NCBI GenBank assembly: GCA_032654565.1
Contig: JAULAX010000007.1
Span: 32,001 to 96,000, forward strand
DNA length: 64,000 bases
Reading direction: 5' to 3'
Origin: Anaeromyxobacteraceae bacterium
GTDB taxonomy: Bacteria > Myxococcota > Myxococcia > Myxococcales > Anaeromyxobacteraceae
This document shows positions 33,752-45,440 of the stretch, piece by piece. The first letter of the stretch is position 1. Every line of letters begins with the position of its first letter. The notes beneath the pieces are model-generated. The model saw nothing but the letters and a program-made list of their open reading frames with translations, searched no databases and was not told the origin of the DNA. Both the position numbers and the translations under genes were made by a program.

Positions 33752-35107
33752 ATGAGGAGCATCGACCGAAACCGCCTGTCGGCCGCTCTCACGGCGGAGC
33801 TGGCCCGCTTCACCGCCGAGCACCCGCGCTCGCGGCAGCTCTTCGAGCAGGCCAAGGCGCACCTCCACGACGGTGTCCCCATGAGCTGGATGACCCGCTG
33901 GGCCGGCGCCTTCCCGCTCTTCGTGGAGCGGGCCAAGGGGGCGCGCTTCACCGACGTCGACGGCCGGACCTACGTCGACTTCTGCCTCGGCGACACCGGG
34001 GCCATGACCGGCCACGCCCCCGACGCCGCGCTGGCCGCCATCAAGGCCCAGCTCGACCGCGGCATCACCTTCATGCTCCCCACCGAGGAGTCGCTGGCGG
34101 TCTCCGGCGAGCTGTCGCGCCGCTTCTCGCTGCCGTCCTGGCAGCTGGCCATGACCGCCACCGACGCCAACCGCTTCGCCATCCGCATCGCCCGCCAGAT
34201 CACCGGGCGCCCCAAGGTGCTGGTCTTCAACTGGTGCTACCACGGCACCGTCGACGAGACCTTCGCCACCCTCGGCCCCGACGGCCGGGTCGGCCCGCGT
34301 CCCGGCAACGTCGGACCCCCGGTGAACCCGGCGGTCACCACCCGGGTGGTGGAGTTCAACGACCTGGCAGCGCTGGAGCGCGAGCTGGCCACCGGCGACG
34401 TGGCCTGCGTGCTGGCCGAGCCGGCCATGACCAACATCGGCATCGTCCTGCCCGAGCCCGGCTTCCACGCCGCGCTGCGGTCGCTGACCCGCAAGCACGG
34501 CACGCTGCTGGTCATCGACGAGACCCACACCCTCTCGGCCGGCCCCGGCGGCTGCACCCGCGCCTGGGGGCTCGAGCCGGACGTCGTCACCCTCGGCAAG
34601 TCGATCGCCTCGGGGATCCCGGCGGCGGTCTACGGCTTCACCGCCGAGGTGGCGGCGCGCTGGCGGGCGGCCACCGACAGGGACCTTTGCGACACCGGCG
34701 GCATCGGCGGGACCCTGGCTGGCAACGCCCTGGCGGTCGCGGCCATGCGGGCCACCCTCTCCGAGGTGCTCACCGAGGCGGCCTACGCCCGGATGATCCC
34801 GCTGGCCGAGCGCTTCGCCGCCGGCGTCGAGGGGATCATCGCCGAGCTGGAGCTGCCCTGGATCGTCAAGCGGCTCGGGGCCCGCGCCGAGTACTGGTTC
34901 CGGTCCACGCCGCCCCGCAACGGCGGCGAGGCGGCGGCGGCGGTGGACGGCGAGCTCGACCGCTACATGCACCTGGCGGCGCTCAACCGCGGGGTGCTGA
35001 TGACCCCCTTCCACAACATGGCGCTGGTCTGCCCGGCCACCACCGCGGCCGACGTCGACTTGCATACCGCCGTCTTTCGCGAGAGCTTGGCGGCGGTGCT
35101 GCCGTGA
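33752..35107 (+). CDS. Class III aminotransferase (GSA-aminomutase-like subfamily)
   Basis: DFCLGDTG, ATDANRF, CYHG, IDETHT, GKSIASG. Confidence 0.88.
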   Translation: MRSIDRNRLSAALTAELARFTAEHPRSRQLFEQAKAHLHDGVPMSWMTRWAGAFPLFVERAKGARFTDVDGRTYVDFCLGDTGAMTGHAPDAALAAIKAQLDRGITFMLPTEESLAVSGELSRRFSLPSWQLAMTATDANRFAIRIARQITGRPKVLVFNWCYHGTVDETFATLGPDGRVGPRPGNVGPPVNPAVTTRVVEFNDLAALERELATGDVACVLAEPAMTNIGIVLPEPGFHAALRSLTRKHGTLLVIDETHTLSAGPGGCTRAWGLEPDVVTLGKSIASGIPAAVYGFTAEVAARWRAATDRDLCDTGGIGGTLAGNALAVAAMRATLSEVLTEAAYARMIPLAERFAAGVEGIIAELELPWIVKRLGARAEYWFRSTPPRNGGEAAAAVDGELDRYMHLAALNRGVLMTPFHNMALVCPATTAADVDLHTAVFRESLAAVLP

Positions 35108-35228
35108 CCCCGAACCTCCGCGCCCAGCCTCCCCCGGCCGCTTCCTAGGCCGCCGACGCCCGCCGCCTGAAGCGGCGCCGCGTCCCTTCCGCTTTCCAAC
35201 CGTTCGCTACCGCAGCACAGGAGTCGCC

Positions 35229-36575
<1,347 letters not shown>

Positions 36576-36665
36576 GGTCGGGCCGGCTGGGTCTCCCCTC
36601 CCAAGGGGGCTCGACCCGGCCGGCGGGGAGTGCTGGGCTGCGGGCGTGAGGGGAGGTGGCTCGAG

Positions 36666-37391
36666 GTGAGCGTTCCTTTCGACCGCGCCACGGTCACCGC
36701 GCTGCTGATGGCGGCCGGCCTCGAGGCCGCGGCGCCGGCGGCGGGGACCGAGGAGGCCACCGCCCAGCTGCGGCGGCGCATGGTGGCGACGCAGCTCGAG
36801 GCCCGCGGCGTCCGCGACCCCAGGGTGCTGGAGGCCATGCGGCGGGTGGAGCGCCACCGCTTCGTGCCGGCGCCGGTCCGCGACCACGCCTACGAGGACC
36901 GGCCGCTGGCCATCGGCCACGGCCAGACCATCAGCCAGCCCTACGTGGTGGCGGCCATGACCGAGGCGGCGCGGCTGCACCCCGGCGCCCGGGTGCTGGA
37001 GATCGGCACCGGTTCCGGCTACCAGGCGGCGGTGCTCTCGCTGCTGGTGGCCGAGGTCTCGAGCGTCGAGGTGGTGGAGCCGCTGGCGGCGGAGGCGAGG
37101 GCGCGGCTGGAGGCGCTCGGCTACCGCAACGTCACGGTGCGCGCCGGCGACGGGTACGGCGGCTGGCCGGAGCGGGCCCCGTTCGACGCCATCCTGGTGA
37201 CCGCGGCGCCGCCCCAGCTGCCGCAGCCGCTGCTCGACCAGCTGGCGGTGGGCGGCCGGCTGGTGGCGCCGGTCGGCGAGGCGGAGCAGGAGCTGGTGGT
37301 GGTGACGCGCACCGCGGACGGCTGGAGCCGCCGGACCCTCTTCCCGGTCCGCTTCGTCCCCATGACCGGCGAGGCCCAGCGGCGCCGGTGA
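36666..37391 (+). CDS. pcm: Protein-L-isoaspartate O-methyltransferase
   Basis: [36 protein letters not shown]; start approximate. Confidence 0.92.
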   Translation: MSVPFDRATVTALLMAAGLEAAAPAAGTEEATAQLRRRMVATQLEARGVRDPRVLEAMRRVERHRFVPAPVRDHAYEDRPLAIGHGQTISQPYVVAAMTEAARLHPGARVLEIGTGSGYQAAVLSLLVAEVSSVEVVEPLAAEARARLEALGYRNVTVRAGDGYGGWPERAPFDAILVTAAPPQLPQPLLDQLAVGGRLVAPVGEAEQELVVVTRTADGWSRRTLFPVRFVPMTGEAQRRR

Positions 37392-37569
37392 TCCGCCCCC
37401 ACCCGGGGCCGGGACCGTGCCGCCACGTCACGGTGTCGGCGGCCGGCGCCGAGGGCGCCGCCAGTGGTGGCGGGGAGTTAGGTGGGGCTGGGGCTGGTCC
37501 GGGCCGTGCAGTACCATGGGAGCCCGGCCCGACGAGGACCGCCGGGCGTCACACCCTCCGGAGGCCACC

Positions 37570-38016
37570 ATGTCCGCCACTCGCATCGCCGCACTCTTCC
37601 TGGTCCCGGTCCTGCTCGGGACCGGCTGCGTCGGCGTCCGGACCACCACCCGCACCTGGACCGAGCAGTCGGCCGACGGCCCGCAGGAGCAGGTCTGGTA
37701 CGGCCGGGTGGTGCAGGTCCGCGAGACCGTCGAGGAGTACCGCGGCGACCCGGCCGGCGGCGCGGTGGCCGGGGCGGTGGTGGGGGGCATGGTCGGCCAC
37801 GCCCTCTCCGGCGGCCACGGCGGCGGGCTCTTCGGCGCCATGGCCGGCGCCATGATCGGCGCCGACGCCAGCCGCGGCCGCGGCGCTCGCATCTTCTACG
37901 AGGTCACGGTGCGCTACGACGACGGCAGCCTCCGCACCTACCCGTACGAAGGGCAGGCGCCGTTCCGCGTCGGCGAAGAGGTGGTGCTCTCGTCCCACGG
38001 CCTGCAGCTGCGCTGA
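37570..38016 (+). CDS. Glycine-zipper outer-membrane lipoprotein (SlyB-like)
   Basis: Lipobox-like LGTGC and GAVAGAVVGG..GAMAGAMIG glycine zipper. Confidence 0.78.
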   Translation: MSATRIAALFLVPVLLGTGCVGVRTTTRTWTEQSADGPQEQVWYGRVVQVRETVEEYRGDPAGGAVAGAVVGGMVGHALSGGHGGGLFGAMAGAMIGADASRGRGARIFYEVTVRYDDGSLRTYPYEGQAPFRVGEEVVLSSHGLQLR

Positions 38017-38058
38017 CCCCGGGGCGGCGCGTGGCGCCTGACGCGCTATATCCACGCC

Positions 38059-38727
38059 ATGCCCTACACGCTCCACGTCGGCGAGAAGCGCTACTCCTCC
38101 TGGTCGGCCCGCCCCTGGATCCTGCTCCATGGGCTCGGCATCCCCTTCACCGAGCGGCTGGTCTCGCTCCAGCCCGACCAGGCCAAGGCGGCGCGCTTCT
38201 CCCGCCTGCCGGGCGGCCGCGTGCCGGTCCTGGAGGACGGGCCGGTGCAGGTCTGGGACTCGCTGGCCATCGTCGAGTACCTGGCCGAGCGCCACCCCGG
38301 CGTCTGGCCGGCCGACCCGGTGGCGCGGGCCTTCGCCCGCTCCTGCTGCGCCGAGATGCACGGCGGCTTCCAGGCGCTGCGCAGCCAGCTCTCCATGGAC
38401 GTCGCCTCCCGCCGGCCGCAGCGCCGCCGCAGCGCCGCGGTGGAGGCCGACATCGCCCGGATCGAGGCGCTCTGGGGCGAGGCCCGCCAGCGCTTCGGCC
38501 GCGGCGGCCCCTTCCTCTTCGGGGCCTTCGGCGCCGCCGACGCCTACTTCGCGCCGGTGGCCTACCGGTTCCAGACCTACGGCGTGGCGCCGAGGGGCGA
38601 GGCCGGCGAGCTGGCGCGGACGCTGCTGGCCCACCCGTCGGTGCGCGCCTGGGGCGAGGCCGGGGCCGGTGAGCCGGTGCTGGCCGACCACGACCTCGAC
38701 GCCATGTATCCCGACGATCCGGTCTGA
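38059..38727 (+). CDS. Glutathione S-transferase family protein
   Basis: YSSWSARPW, VPVL, WDSLAIVEYL, AEMHGGF. Confidence 0.9.
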   Translation: MPYTLHVGEKRYSSWSARPWILLHGLGIPFTERLVSLQPDQAKAARFSRLPGGRVPVLEDGPVQVWDSLAIVEYLAERHPGVWPADPVARAFARSCCAEMHGGFQALRSQLSMDVASRRPQRRRSAAVEADIARIEALWGEARQRFGRGGPFLFGAFGAADAYFAPVAYRFQTYGVAPRGEAGELARTLLAHPSVRAWGEAGAGEPVLADHDLDAMYPDDPV

Positions 38728-38757
38728 GCGCGCCGCCGTGCGCGTCGACGCTGAACG

Positions 38758-38848
38758 GCGACCAGCGACCCGCGACCCGCCACCTGCGACCTGCGACCCG
38801 CGACCCGCCACCCGCCACCTGCGACCCGCCACCTGCGACCTGCGACCG
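38758..38848 (+). repeat. Intergenic tandem heptamer repeat, 13 x GCSACCN
   Basis: GCGACCA GCGACCC GCGACCC GCCACCT GCGACCT GCGACCC GCGACCC GCCACCC GCCACCT GCGACCC GCCACCT GCGACCT GCGACCG. Confidence 0.95.
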
Positions 38849-38882
38849 ACGGGCCGCGCCCGCGGTGATAGTCTGCGCCCCC

Positions 38883-40196
38883 ATGTCCGCCCCCGCGTCC
38901 CCCCCGTCCGCCGCCGCCCAGGTCCGCCCACCGCCCCCCGCCGGCTACCGCTGGCTGGTGCTGGGCGCCTGCAGCCTGGCCATGTTCGGCTGCTACTACA
39001 CCTTCGACGCGCTCTACCCGGTGGCGCCGCTGCTGGAGAAGACCTTCGGCGTCACCGGCGAGCAGCTCGGCCTGCTCGACACCAGCTACAACGTGGCGGC
39101 GCTGCTGACGCTGATCGCCGGCGGCGTGCTCATCGACCGGATCGGCATGGCCACCTCGGCCGTCCTCTTCGCCGCCGTCGGGGCCCTCGGCACGCTGCTC
39201 ATCGCCGTGCTGCCGGCCCTCTTCCCGGCCACCCCGTGGGCCGGGATGATGGTGGGGCGCTTCCTGCTCGGCATCGGCTCCGAGCTCTTCATCGTGGCCT
39301 CGACCACGGTGGTGGGGCGGTGGTTCAAGGGGAAGGAGATCTCCTTCGCCATGGCCATCCAGCTGCTGGTGGCGCGGGGCGGCTCCTGGCTGGCCGACCA
39401 GTCGCCCGACCTCTTCAAGCCGCTCTTCGCCGGCTGGCAGCCGCCGCTGCTGCTGGCCGCGGCCCTGGGCGGGGCCTGGCTGGTCTTCGCGATCGCCTAC
39501 GCCGGCCTGGAGCGGACCGCCGCCCGGCGCTTCGCGGTGGCCAGCGCCGGCGCCACCGACAAGCTGGTGCTCAAGGACCTGGTCCGCTTCGACCTCGGCT
39601 ACTGGTGGGTGGTGGGGCTGTGCGTGGCCTTCTACGCCTCCATCTTCCCCTTCCGCACCTTCGCCAACCTCTTCCTCGTCGACGCCCACGCGGTCTCGCC
39701 GGAGCGGGCCGGCGAGCTGAAGTCGCTGCTGCCGCTCTTCTCCATGATCGGCATGCCCATCTTCGGCTTCATCGTCGACAGGGTCGGCAAGCGGGCCCTC
39801 TTCATGCTGATCGGCTCGGCGCTGCTGGTGCCGCCGTTCCTGCTCCTGGCCTACACCCGGCTGCCGCCGGAGCTCTCCATGGGGATGCTGGGGCTGGCCT
39901 TCGCGCTGGTGCCGGCGGTGCTCTGGCCGGCGGTCACCTACCTGGTGCCGGGGGAGCGGCTGGGGAGCGCCTACGCGCTGATGACCTTCTGCCAGCAGCT
40001 GGCCTGGGCCGGGATGGCCTGGGGCATGGGGGCGGTGAAGGACGCCGCCGGGGCCAGCGCCGCCAACCCGGGCGGCTGGCTGCCGGTGATGTGGATGCTG
40101 GCCGCGCTCTCGACGCTCGGCTTCGTCTTCTCCTTCCTGCTCTGGAGGAGCGAGCGCGGGCCGAAGGGGCACGGGCTCGAGGCGGTCAGGACCTAG
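38883..40196 (+). CDS. MFS transporter
   Basis: About 12 TM segments; GVLIDRIG and GFIVDRVGKR (motif A). Confidence 0.88.
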   Translation: MSAPASPPSAAAQVRPPPPAGYRWLVLGACSLAMFGCYYTFDALYPVAPLLEKTFGVTGEQLGLLDTSYNVAALLTLIAGGVLIDRIGMATSAVLFAAVGALGTLLIAVLPALFPATPWAGMMVGRFLLGIGSELFIVASTTVVGRWFKGKEISFAMAIQLLVARGGSWLADQSPDLFKPLFAGWQPPLLLAAALGGAWLVFAIAYAGLERTAARRFAVASAGATDKLVLKDLVRFDLGYWWVVGLCVAFYASIFPFRTFANLFLVDAHAVSPERAGELKSLLPLFSMIGMPIFGFIVDRVGKRALFMLIGSALLVPPFLLLAYTRLPPELSMGMLGLAFALVPAVLWPAVTYLVPGERLGSAYALMTFCQQLAWAGMAWGMGAVKDAAGASAANPGGWLPVMWMLAALSTLGFVFSFLLWRSERGPKGHGLEAVRT

Positions 40197-40413
40197 CGCC
40201 CCTGCCGGGGGACCCTCCGCGGGGCCCGGCCAGCCCCGATCCCGTCCCAGAGTAGTTTGCACTTTCAGTGAACGACCCGTCCGGGGTCCGCCGACAGCGT
40301 CGCCACCTGTCAAGAATTTGCCTTCCCCGATCCGAGCAGTTACTCTCCGATATCGCAGCAAGATCCCGTGATCAGGGCGGGATCTGTTCGGGTGGCGAGG
40401 GGTGGTTCGGGGA

Positions 40414-41895
40414 ATGGACGGGCGGCGGCCATCGGACGACAGGGCGAGCGATCCGGGCGAGCTCCTCAGGAGCGTGCTCGAGAAGATCGTCTTCTTCGAG
40501 TGCAAGGTGGCCCAGCTCGAGTCCGAACTGGCCGCGGCTCGCCAGATCGCCGAGCGGGCCCGCGCCGACGCCGCCAGCTCGCGCGCCCGCGAGACCGAGC
40601 TGACGCAGGAGCTGGCCACCGCCCGGGGCGAGCGCGGCGCCTTCGCGCTGCGCGAGACCGACCTCACCGAGCGAATCACCTTGCTGGAGCTGGAGCGCGA
40701 GCGGCTCATGGGCGGGCTGGTGGAGCGGGCCCGGCTGGGCGGCGCGCCGGCGGTGCTGGGCGAGGCCCCCGCCGACGCCGACGAGTCCGACCTGGCCGGC
40801 TTCATCGCCGAGCTGCGCGCCGAGATCGAGTCGCTGCGGGCCTGGAAGGCGGCGGCCGAGGCGGGCGGCGTGGCCCCCGGCGCGGCGGGCCGGCCGGCCT
40901 CCTCCACCAACGGACCGCGCCCCGCCTCCGGACCGGCGGCGCTGGCCGAGCTGGCCGGCGACTTCCAGGCGGCGGGGCGCACCGGCCTCTCCCGCGCCGA
41001 GGCCACCTCGCTGGCCGGCCTGCTGCCCACCCGGGCCGACCGGGTCCTCTACGAGCGGGCCATGGCCGAGCTCTCGGCCAGCGAGCCGCCGGCGCGCAAG
41101 CGGGCCATCCGGCAGCTGGCGGCGCTGGGGGCGCGGGCCTCGGCGCCGCTGCTGGCCTCGGCGCTGGGGCGCGAGCCCGACGCCGGCGTCAAGGTGGCGC
41201 TGCTGGAGGCGCTGGGGAGCTTCCAGGAGCCGTTCGCCGCCGACCTGGCGGTGGGCGAGCTGGGCGACCCGCGCCCCGAGGTGCGGGCCGCGGCGCTGGA
41301 GATGCTGGCGGCGGTGGCCGAGGTGGCGGCGCTGCCGCACCTGGCCCGCCTGCTGGCCGACCCGAGCCCGCTGGTCCGGCGGCGCGCCGCGGTGCTGCTT
41401 GGGTTCACCCGCGGTGAGGTGGCCGAGGCGGCGCTGGCCGCGGCGCTGCGCGACGCCGATCCCGGGGTGGCGCGGGCCGCCGCCGCCGCGCTGGCCGGGC
41501 GGAGCGGCGAGCCGACCCGGCGGGCGCTGGAGAAGTACCAGCACGCGGTGGCGCGGCCGTCCTCGTCGCTCCCGGCCCGGTCGCTCCTGGCCCAGGCCGC
41601 CGCGCCGCGACCTGGCGCCGCCGTGGCGGTGCGGGAGGCTCCGGCGCCGGCCGCCGCGGCAAACCCTCCGCGCACCCGCGTCGCCGTGCTGGAGGCGCCC
41701 GCCCCGGCGGCGCCCCCACCCGGCGCCCTCGAGGCGGCGCTGCTGCTGGAGCTGCGCGGCGCCCTGCGCGGGCAGTCGGCCGACGAGCTGGCCCGGGTCT
41801 GCGGCGCGCCCCCGGCGCGCGTCGACGCAGCGCTCGAGCTGCTGGCCGGGCGCGGCGCGGTGGTGCGGCGCGGCCCGCGCTGGTGCATGGCCTGA
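40414..41895 (+). CDS. pomY: PomY-like coiled-coil and HEAT-repeat protein
   Basis: N-terminal coiled coil, HEAT repeats (DPRPEVRAAA, DPSPLVRRRA); directly upstream of pomZ. Confidence 0.75.
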   Translation: MDGRRPSDDRASDPGELLRSVLEKIVFFECKVAQLESELAAARQIAERARADAASSRARETELTQELATARGERGAFALRETDLTERITLLELERERLMGGLVERARLGGAPAVLGEAPADADESDLAGFIAELRAEIESLRAWKAAAEAGGVAPGAAGRPASSTNGPRPASGPAALAELAGDFQAAGRTGLSRAEATSLAGLLPTRADRVLYERAMAELSASEPPARKRAIRQLAALGARASAPLLASALGREPDAGVKVALLEALGSFQEPFAADLAVGELGDPRPEVRAAALEMLAAVAEVAALPHLARLLADPSPLVRRRAAVLLGFTRGEVAEAALAAALRDADPGVARAAAAALAGRSGEPTRRALEKYQHAVARPSSSLPARSLLAQAAAPRPGAAVAVREAPAPAAAANPPRTRVAVLEAPAPAAPPPGALEAALLLELRGALRGQSADELARVCGAPPARVDAALELLAGRGAVVRRGPRWCMA

Positions 41896-41903
41896 GGGGA
41901 ACG

Positions 41904-42860
41904 ATGGAGAACGTCCGCTACAGCGTGAAGCGCCTCGCCGAGATCGTCGGCGCCACCGCCCGCCAGGTCGACGGGGCGCTGGGCAAGCGCGACGCCTACG
42001 GCCCGGAGGTGATCGCCGAGCTGCGCGGGAAGCTGAAGAAGCCGGTCCCCACCATGGCCGCCGCCCGCATCCAGCTCTTCCTCAACTTCAAGGGCGGCAC
42101 CGGCAAGACCAGCCTCTCCACCTCCTACGCCTACCGGCTGGCCGAGCGCGGCTACCGGGTGCTGGTGGTGGACCTCGACTCGCAAGGGCACGCCACCAAG
42201 TGCCTCGGCCACGACGGCGGCGAGGCCAAGGCCACCCTCTTCGACGTGCTGGTCCGCAAGACCCCCATCTCCGAGGTGACCGTCTCCACCCGGATGCCCA
42301 ACCTCGATCTGGTCCCCGCCAACCTGGCCATGTCGACCATCGACCTCTCGCTCATGCCCATGGCGGGGCGCGAGTTCCGCCTGGCCAAGGCGCTGGAGGA
42401 GGCGCTCCCCCGCTACGACTTCGTGGTGCTGGACGCGCCGCCGTCCTTCGGGCTGCTCAACCTCAACGCCCTGATGGCGGCCAGCGACCTGATCATCCCG
42501 GTGCTGGCCGACTTCCTCTCCTACGACGGCCTGCGGCTGCTCTTCGAGACCGTGCAGGGGCTGGAGAACGACCTCTCGCACCAGCTCGAGCACATCTTCA
42601 TCGTGGTCAACGCCTTCAACCAGACCTTCCGGATCGCGCGCGAGGCGCTCGACGCCCTCAAGACGCACTACCCGGAGTACCTGCTGAAGAGCGTGGTCCG
42701 GCAGTGCACCAAGTTCGCCCAGGCCTCGAGCGAGGGGTGCCCGGTCTTCGGGTACGACCCCGACTCGAAGGGGGCGAACGACATCGAGGCGCTCCAGCAG
42801 GAGATCCTCGGTCGCATCGGCGCCCTGGGGCCTCCCCGCCCCGGCGCCGCGGGAGCGTGA
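41904..42860 (+). CDS. pomZ: PomZ (AgmE) ParA/MinD-family ATPase
   Basis: LFLNFKGGTGKTSLSTSYA, DLDSQGHATKCLG, QCTKFAQASSEG, matching my recollection of Myxococcus PomZ; flanked by pomY- and pomX-like genes. Confidence 0.88.
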   Translation: MENVRYSVKRLAEIVGATARQVDGALGKRDAYGPEVIAELRGKLKKPVPTMAAARIQLFLNFKGGTGKTSLSTSYAYRLAERGYRVLVVDLDSQGHATKCLGHDGGEAKATLFDVLVRKTPISEVTVSTRMPNLDLVPANLAMSTIDLSLMPMAGREFRLAKALEEALPRYDFVVLDAPPSFGLLNLNALMAASDLIIPVLADFLSYDGLRLLFETVQGLENDLSHQLEHIFIVVNAFNQTFRIAREALDALKTHYPEYLLKSVVRQCTKFAQASSEGCPVFGYDPDSKGANDIEALQQEILGRIGALGPPRPGAAGA

Positions 42861-42865
42861 GACCC

Positions 42866-43816
42866 ATGCGCAAGGCCTTCGACGCCAACGTGCCCAAGCT
42901 GAAGCCCCGCCTCAAGAGCGCCGCGCCGCGGGCGACGCTGCAGCTGGAGGAGCGGGTCGACGACGCCCCGGCCGAGGTGCGCGCCCCGGTGGCGGCCGGC
43001 TCCATGGCGGAGCTGGCCCGCGCCGCCGAGGCCAGGCTGGAGGCGCCATCGCCGGTGCCGACGCCGACCGCTGCAGCCTCCCGGCCGGCGGTGGCGGCCC
43101 CGGCCGCGGCGCGCGCCGCGCCGGCCTTCGATCGCGAGGTCGACGACCTGGAGGCCCGGCGCGAGCGGCTCGACAAGATCAAGCGGCGCGTCGCCGAGGC
43201 GGCCCGCCCCCGGCCGCGGACCGAGCCGGCGCCCGGGGATCCCTCCCGCGCCGCCGAGCAGGTGCTGGGGCTGGCCCGCGACCTCGAGGCCGAGCTGGGC
43301 AACGCCCGCGAGCGCGAGGCGGCGCTGCGGACCGACCTCGAGGCCACCCGGGCCGAGCTGGCGCGCACGGCCGGCGAGGGGCGCGAGGCGCTGGCCCGCG
43401 CCGCCGCGGTCGAGGCCGAGCTGGAGGAGAAGCGGATCGTGCTCGGCGACTTGCTCGCGGAGATGACCGGGCTGGAGGCCGAGCGCGACGAGGCGCTGCG
43501 GCGCGCCCAGGCCATGGCCGGCATCGACGAGGAGCGGGCCCGGCTGCTGGAGGAGGTGTCCCGCCGCGCCGAGCTGGAGGCGGCGGGGCGGAGCGAGCGG
43601 GCCGCCGAGGTGGAGCGGCTCACCGAGGAGCTGCGCGACGCCGGCGCCGACGCGGCGCGGCTGCGCGGGGCCCTGGCCGAGACCGCCCGGGAGCGGGACG
43701 GCCTGGCCGCCGAGCTGGAGTCGTCGCGGCGGGATCGCGACGAGCTGACCGCCGCCAAGCGGGCGCTGGAGCAGGTGCACACCGCGCTCTCGCAGGCCCG
43801 GGCCCGCATCACCTAG
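42866..43816 (+). CDS. pomX: PomX-like coiled-coil protein
   Basis: Basic N-terminal peptide MRKAFDANVPKLKPRL, Ala/Pro linker, long C-terminal coiled coil. Confidence 0.78.
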   Translation: MRKAFDANVPKLKPRLKSAAPRATLQLEERVDDAPAEVRAPVAAGSMAELARAAEARLEAPSPVPTPTAAASRPAVAAPAAARAAPAFDREVDDLEARRERLDKIKRRVAEAARPRPRTEPAPGDPSRAAEQVLGLARDLEAELGNAREREAALRTDLEATRAELARTAGEGREALARAAAVEAELEEKRIVLGDLLAEMTGLEAERDEALRRAQAMAGIDEERARLLEEVSRRAELEAAGRSERAAEVERLTEELRDAGADAARLRGALAETARERDGLAAELESSRRDRDELTAAKRALEQVHTALSQARARIT

Positions 43817-43889
43817 GTGAACGCCGCGGCGCCCGGCCGCTGCGGCAACAGGACGCAAGCCGCGGACCGCCCGTCGGCGTCCGTTCCGG

Positions 43890-45389
43890 CTACACTGCCC
43901 CGCAGAGACGTGGTTGAGGGGAGAGCGGCGGGCGCCGGGGGGCGTTCCGCCGCGCAGCACGGAACGGGGCGGCCGCCAGGTCGCCCCGTTCGACTTTCAG
44001 CTCCCCCTTCAGCCGCTCCATGGCGTCGAAGGCGGCGTACTTGAAGGCCTCGCCCAGCGTCGGGTAGTTGAAGACCGCCTGGGCGAAGTAGCCGAGGTCG
44101 CCGCCCAGGGCCATGACCGCGTGCCCCAGGTGCACCAGCTCGGAGGCGTGCGGCCCGATGACGTGGACGCCGAGGATCTTGCGGTCGCCCCGGCCGGCCA
44201 GGATCTTCACGAAGCCGGTGGCCTCGCCGATCAGGTTGGCGCGGGCGTTGCCGACCAGGCTGGCCTTGCCCGCCACGTAGGGGATGGACTTGGAGGAGAG
44301 CGACTCCTCGGTCTCGCCCACCGAGGAGACCTCGGGGATGGTGTAGATGCCCACCGGCAGCAGGTCGGAGAGCTGGGTGCGGACCCCCCCGCAGGCGCGC
44401 AGCATGGCGACCCGCCCCTGCTCCATCGACGCCGAGGCCAGGCCAGGGAACCCCACCAGGTCGCCGGCCGCGTAGATGTGCGGGACCTTGGTCTGGTAGT
44501 GGTGGTTGACCTCGAGGATCCCCTTGTCGGTGGCCTCGAGCCCGGCCGCGCCCAGGTTGAGCGCCTCGACGTTGCCGAGCCGGCCGCCGGCCACCAGCAC
44601 CTTCTCGGCGACGATGCGCGACCCGGTGGAGAGCGTGACCAGCACGTCGCGCTCCCCCGGCTCGACGACGGTGGCCCGCAGCCGCTGGTGCAGCTCGATG
44701 CCCAGCTCGACGAAGGCCTCCTGCATGGCGATGGAGAGCTCGGCGTCGAGCCAGGGGAGCAGCCGGTCCTTGGAGTCGACGATGTGCACGTGGACGCCCA
44801 GCGCCGCGAAGATCGAGGCGTACTCGCAGCCGGCCACGCCGCCGCCGAGGATGGCCAGCGAGCGCGGCACCCGGTCGAGCAGCAGGATCGAGTCGGAGTC
44901 GTAGACCCGGGCGTTGTCGAACTTGTACTGCGGCGGGTGGAAGGGGCGGGTGCCGGTGGCCAGCAGCACGATGTCGGCGGTGACGTCCTGGGTGCTGAAG
45001 CCCCCGGGGGCGGCGATCTTGATGGTGTGGGCGTCGACGAAGCTGGCCTTGCCGCGGAAGTACTCGACCCCGGCGCGGCTCAGCCCGTCGCGGATGCGGC
45101 TGTGCTCGCGGGCGGTGACCAGGCCGCGGCGGCCCATCAGCTCGGGGACGGTGACGTGGTCGGAGACCTTCAGCTCGATGCCGTGGGCGTCGCGGTTGCG
45201 GGCCTGCTTGATGGCCAGGGCCGTCTCGCGCAGCGCCTTGGAGGGGATGGTGCCGGTGTTGGCGCAGGCGCCGCCGGGCACCGCCTCCTTCTCCACCAGC
45301 GCCACCTTCTTGCCGAGGGCGGCCGCCTGGATGGCGCCGTTCTCCCCGGCGGGGCCCGACCCGATCACCACCACGTCGTAGTGCAACAT
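43890..45389 (-). CDS. sthA: Soluble pyridine nucleotide transhydrogenase
   Basis: GSGPAG, GACANTGTIPSKALRE (single Cys), VYDSD, GIYTIPE, FNYPTL. Confidence 0.9.
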   Translation of the reverse strand: MLHYDVVVIGSGPAGENGAIQAAALGKKVALVEKEAVPGGACANTGTIPSKALRETALAIKQARNRDAHGIELKVSDHVTVPELMGRRGLVTAREHSRIRDGLSRAGVEYFRGKASFVDAHTIKIAAPGGFSTQDVTADIVLLATGTRPFHPPQYKFDNARVYDSDSILLLDRVPRSLAILGGGVAGCEYASIFAALGVHVHIVDSKDRLLPWLDAELSIAMQEAFVELGIELHQRLRATVVEPGERDVLVTLSTGSRIVAEKVLVAGGRLGNVEALNLGAAGLEATDKGILEVNHHYQTKVPHIYAAGDLVGFPGLASASMEQGRVAMLRACGGVRTQLSDLLPVGIYTIPEVSSVGETEESLSSKSIPYVAGKASLVGNARANLIGEATGFVKILAGRGDRKILGVHVIGPHASELVHLGHAVMALGGDLGYFAQAVFNYPTLGEAFKYAAFDAMERLKGELKVERGDLAAAPFRAARRNAPRRPPLSPQPRLCGAV

Positions 45390-45440
45390 GACCGGGCTTA
45401 TAGTGCGTTTTCGGGCGCTTGGGCATATCCTCGACGGGAC

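Noticed and set aside
38758..38848. Repeat array considered as a CRISPR
   Set aside because: 7-bp contiguous units with no spacers, and no cas genes in the window
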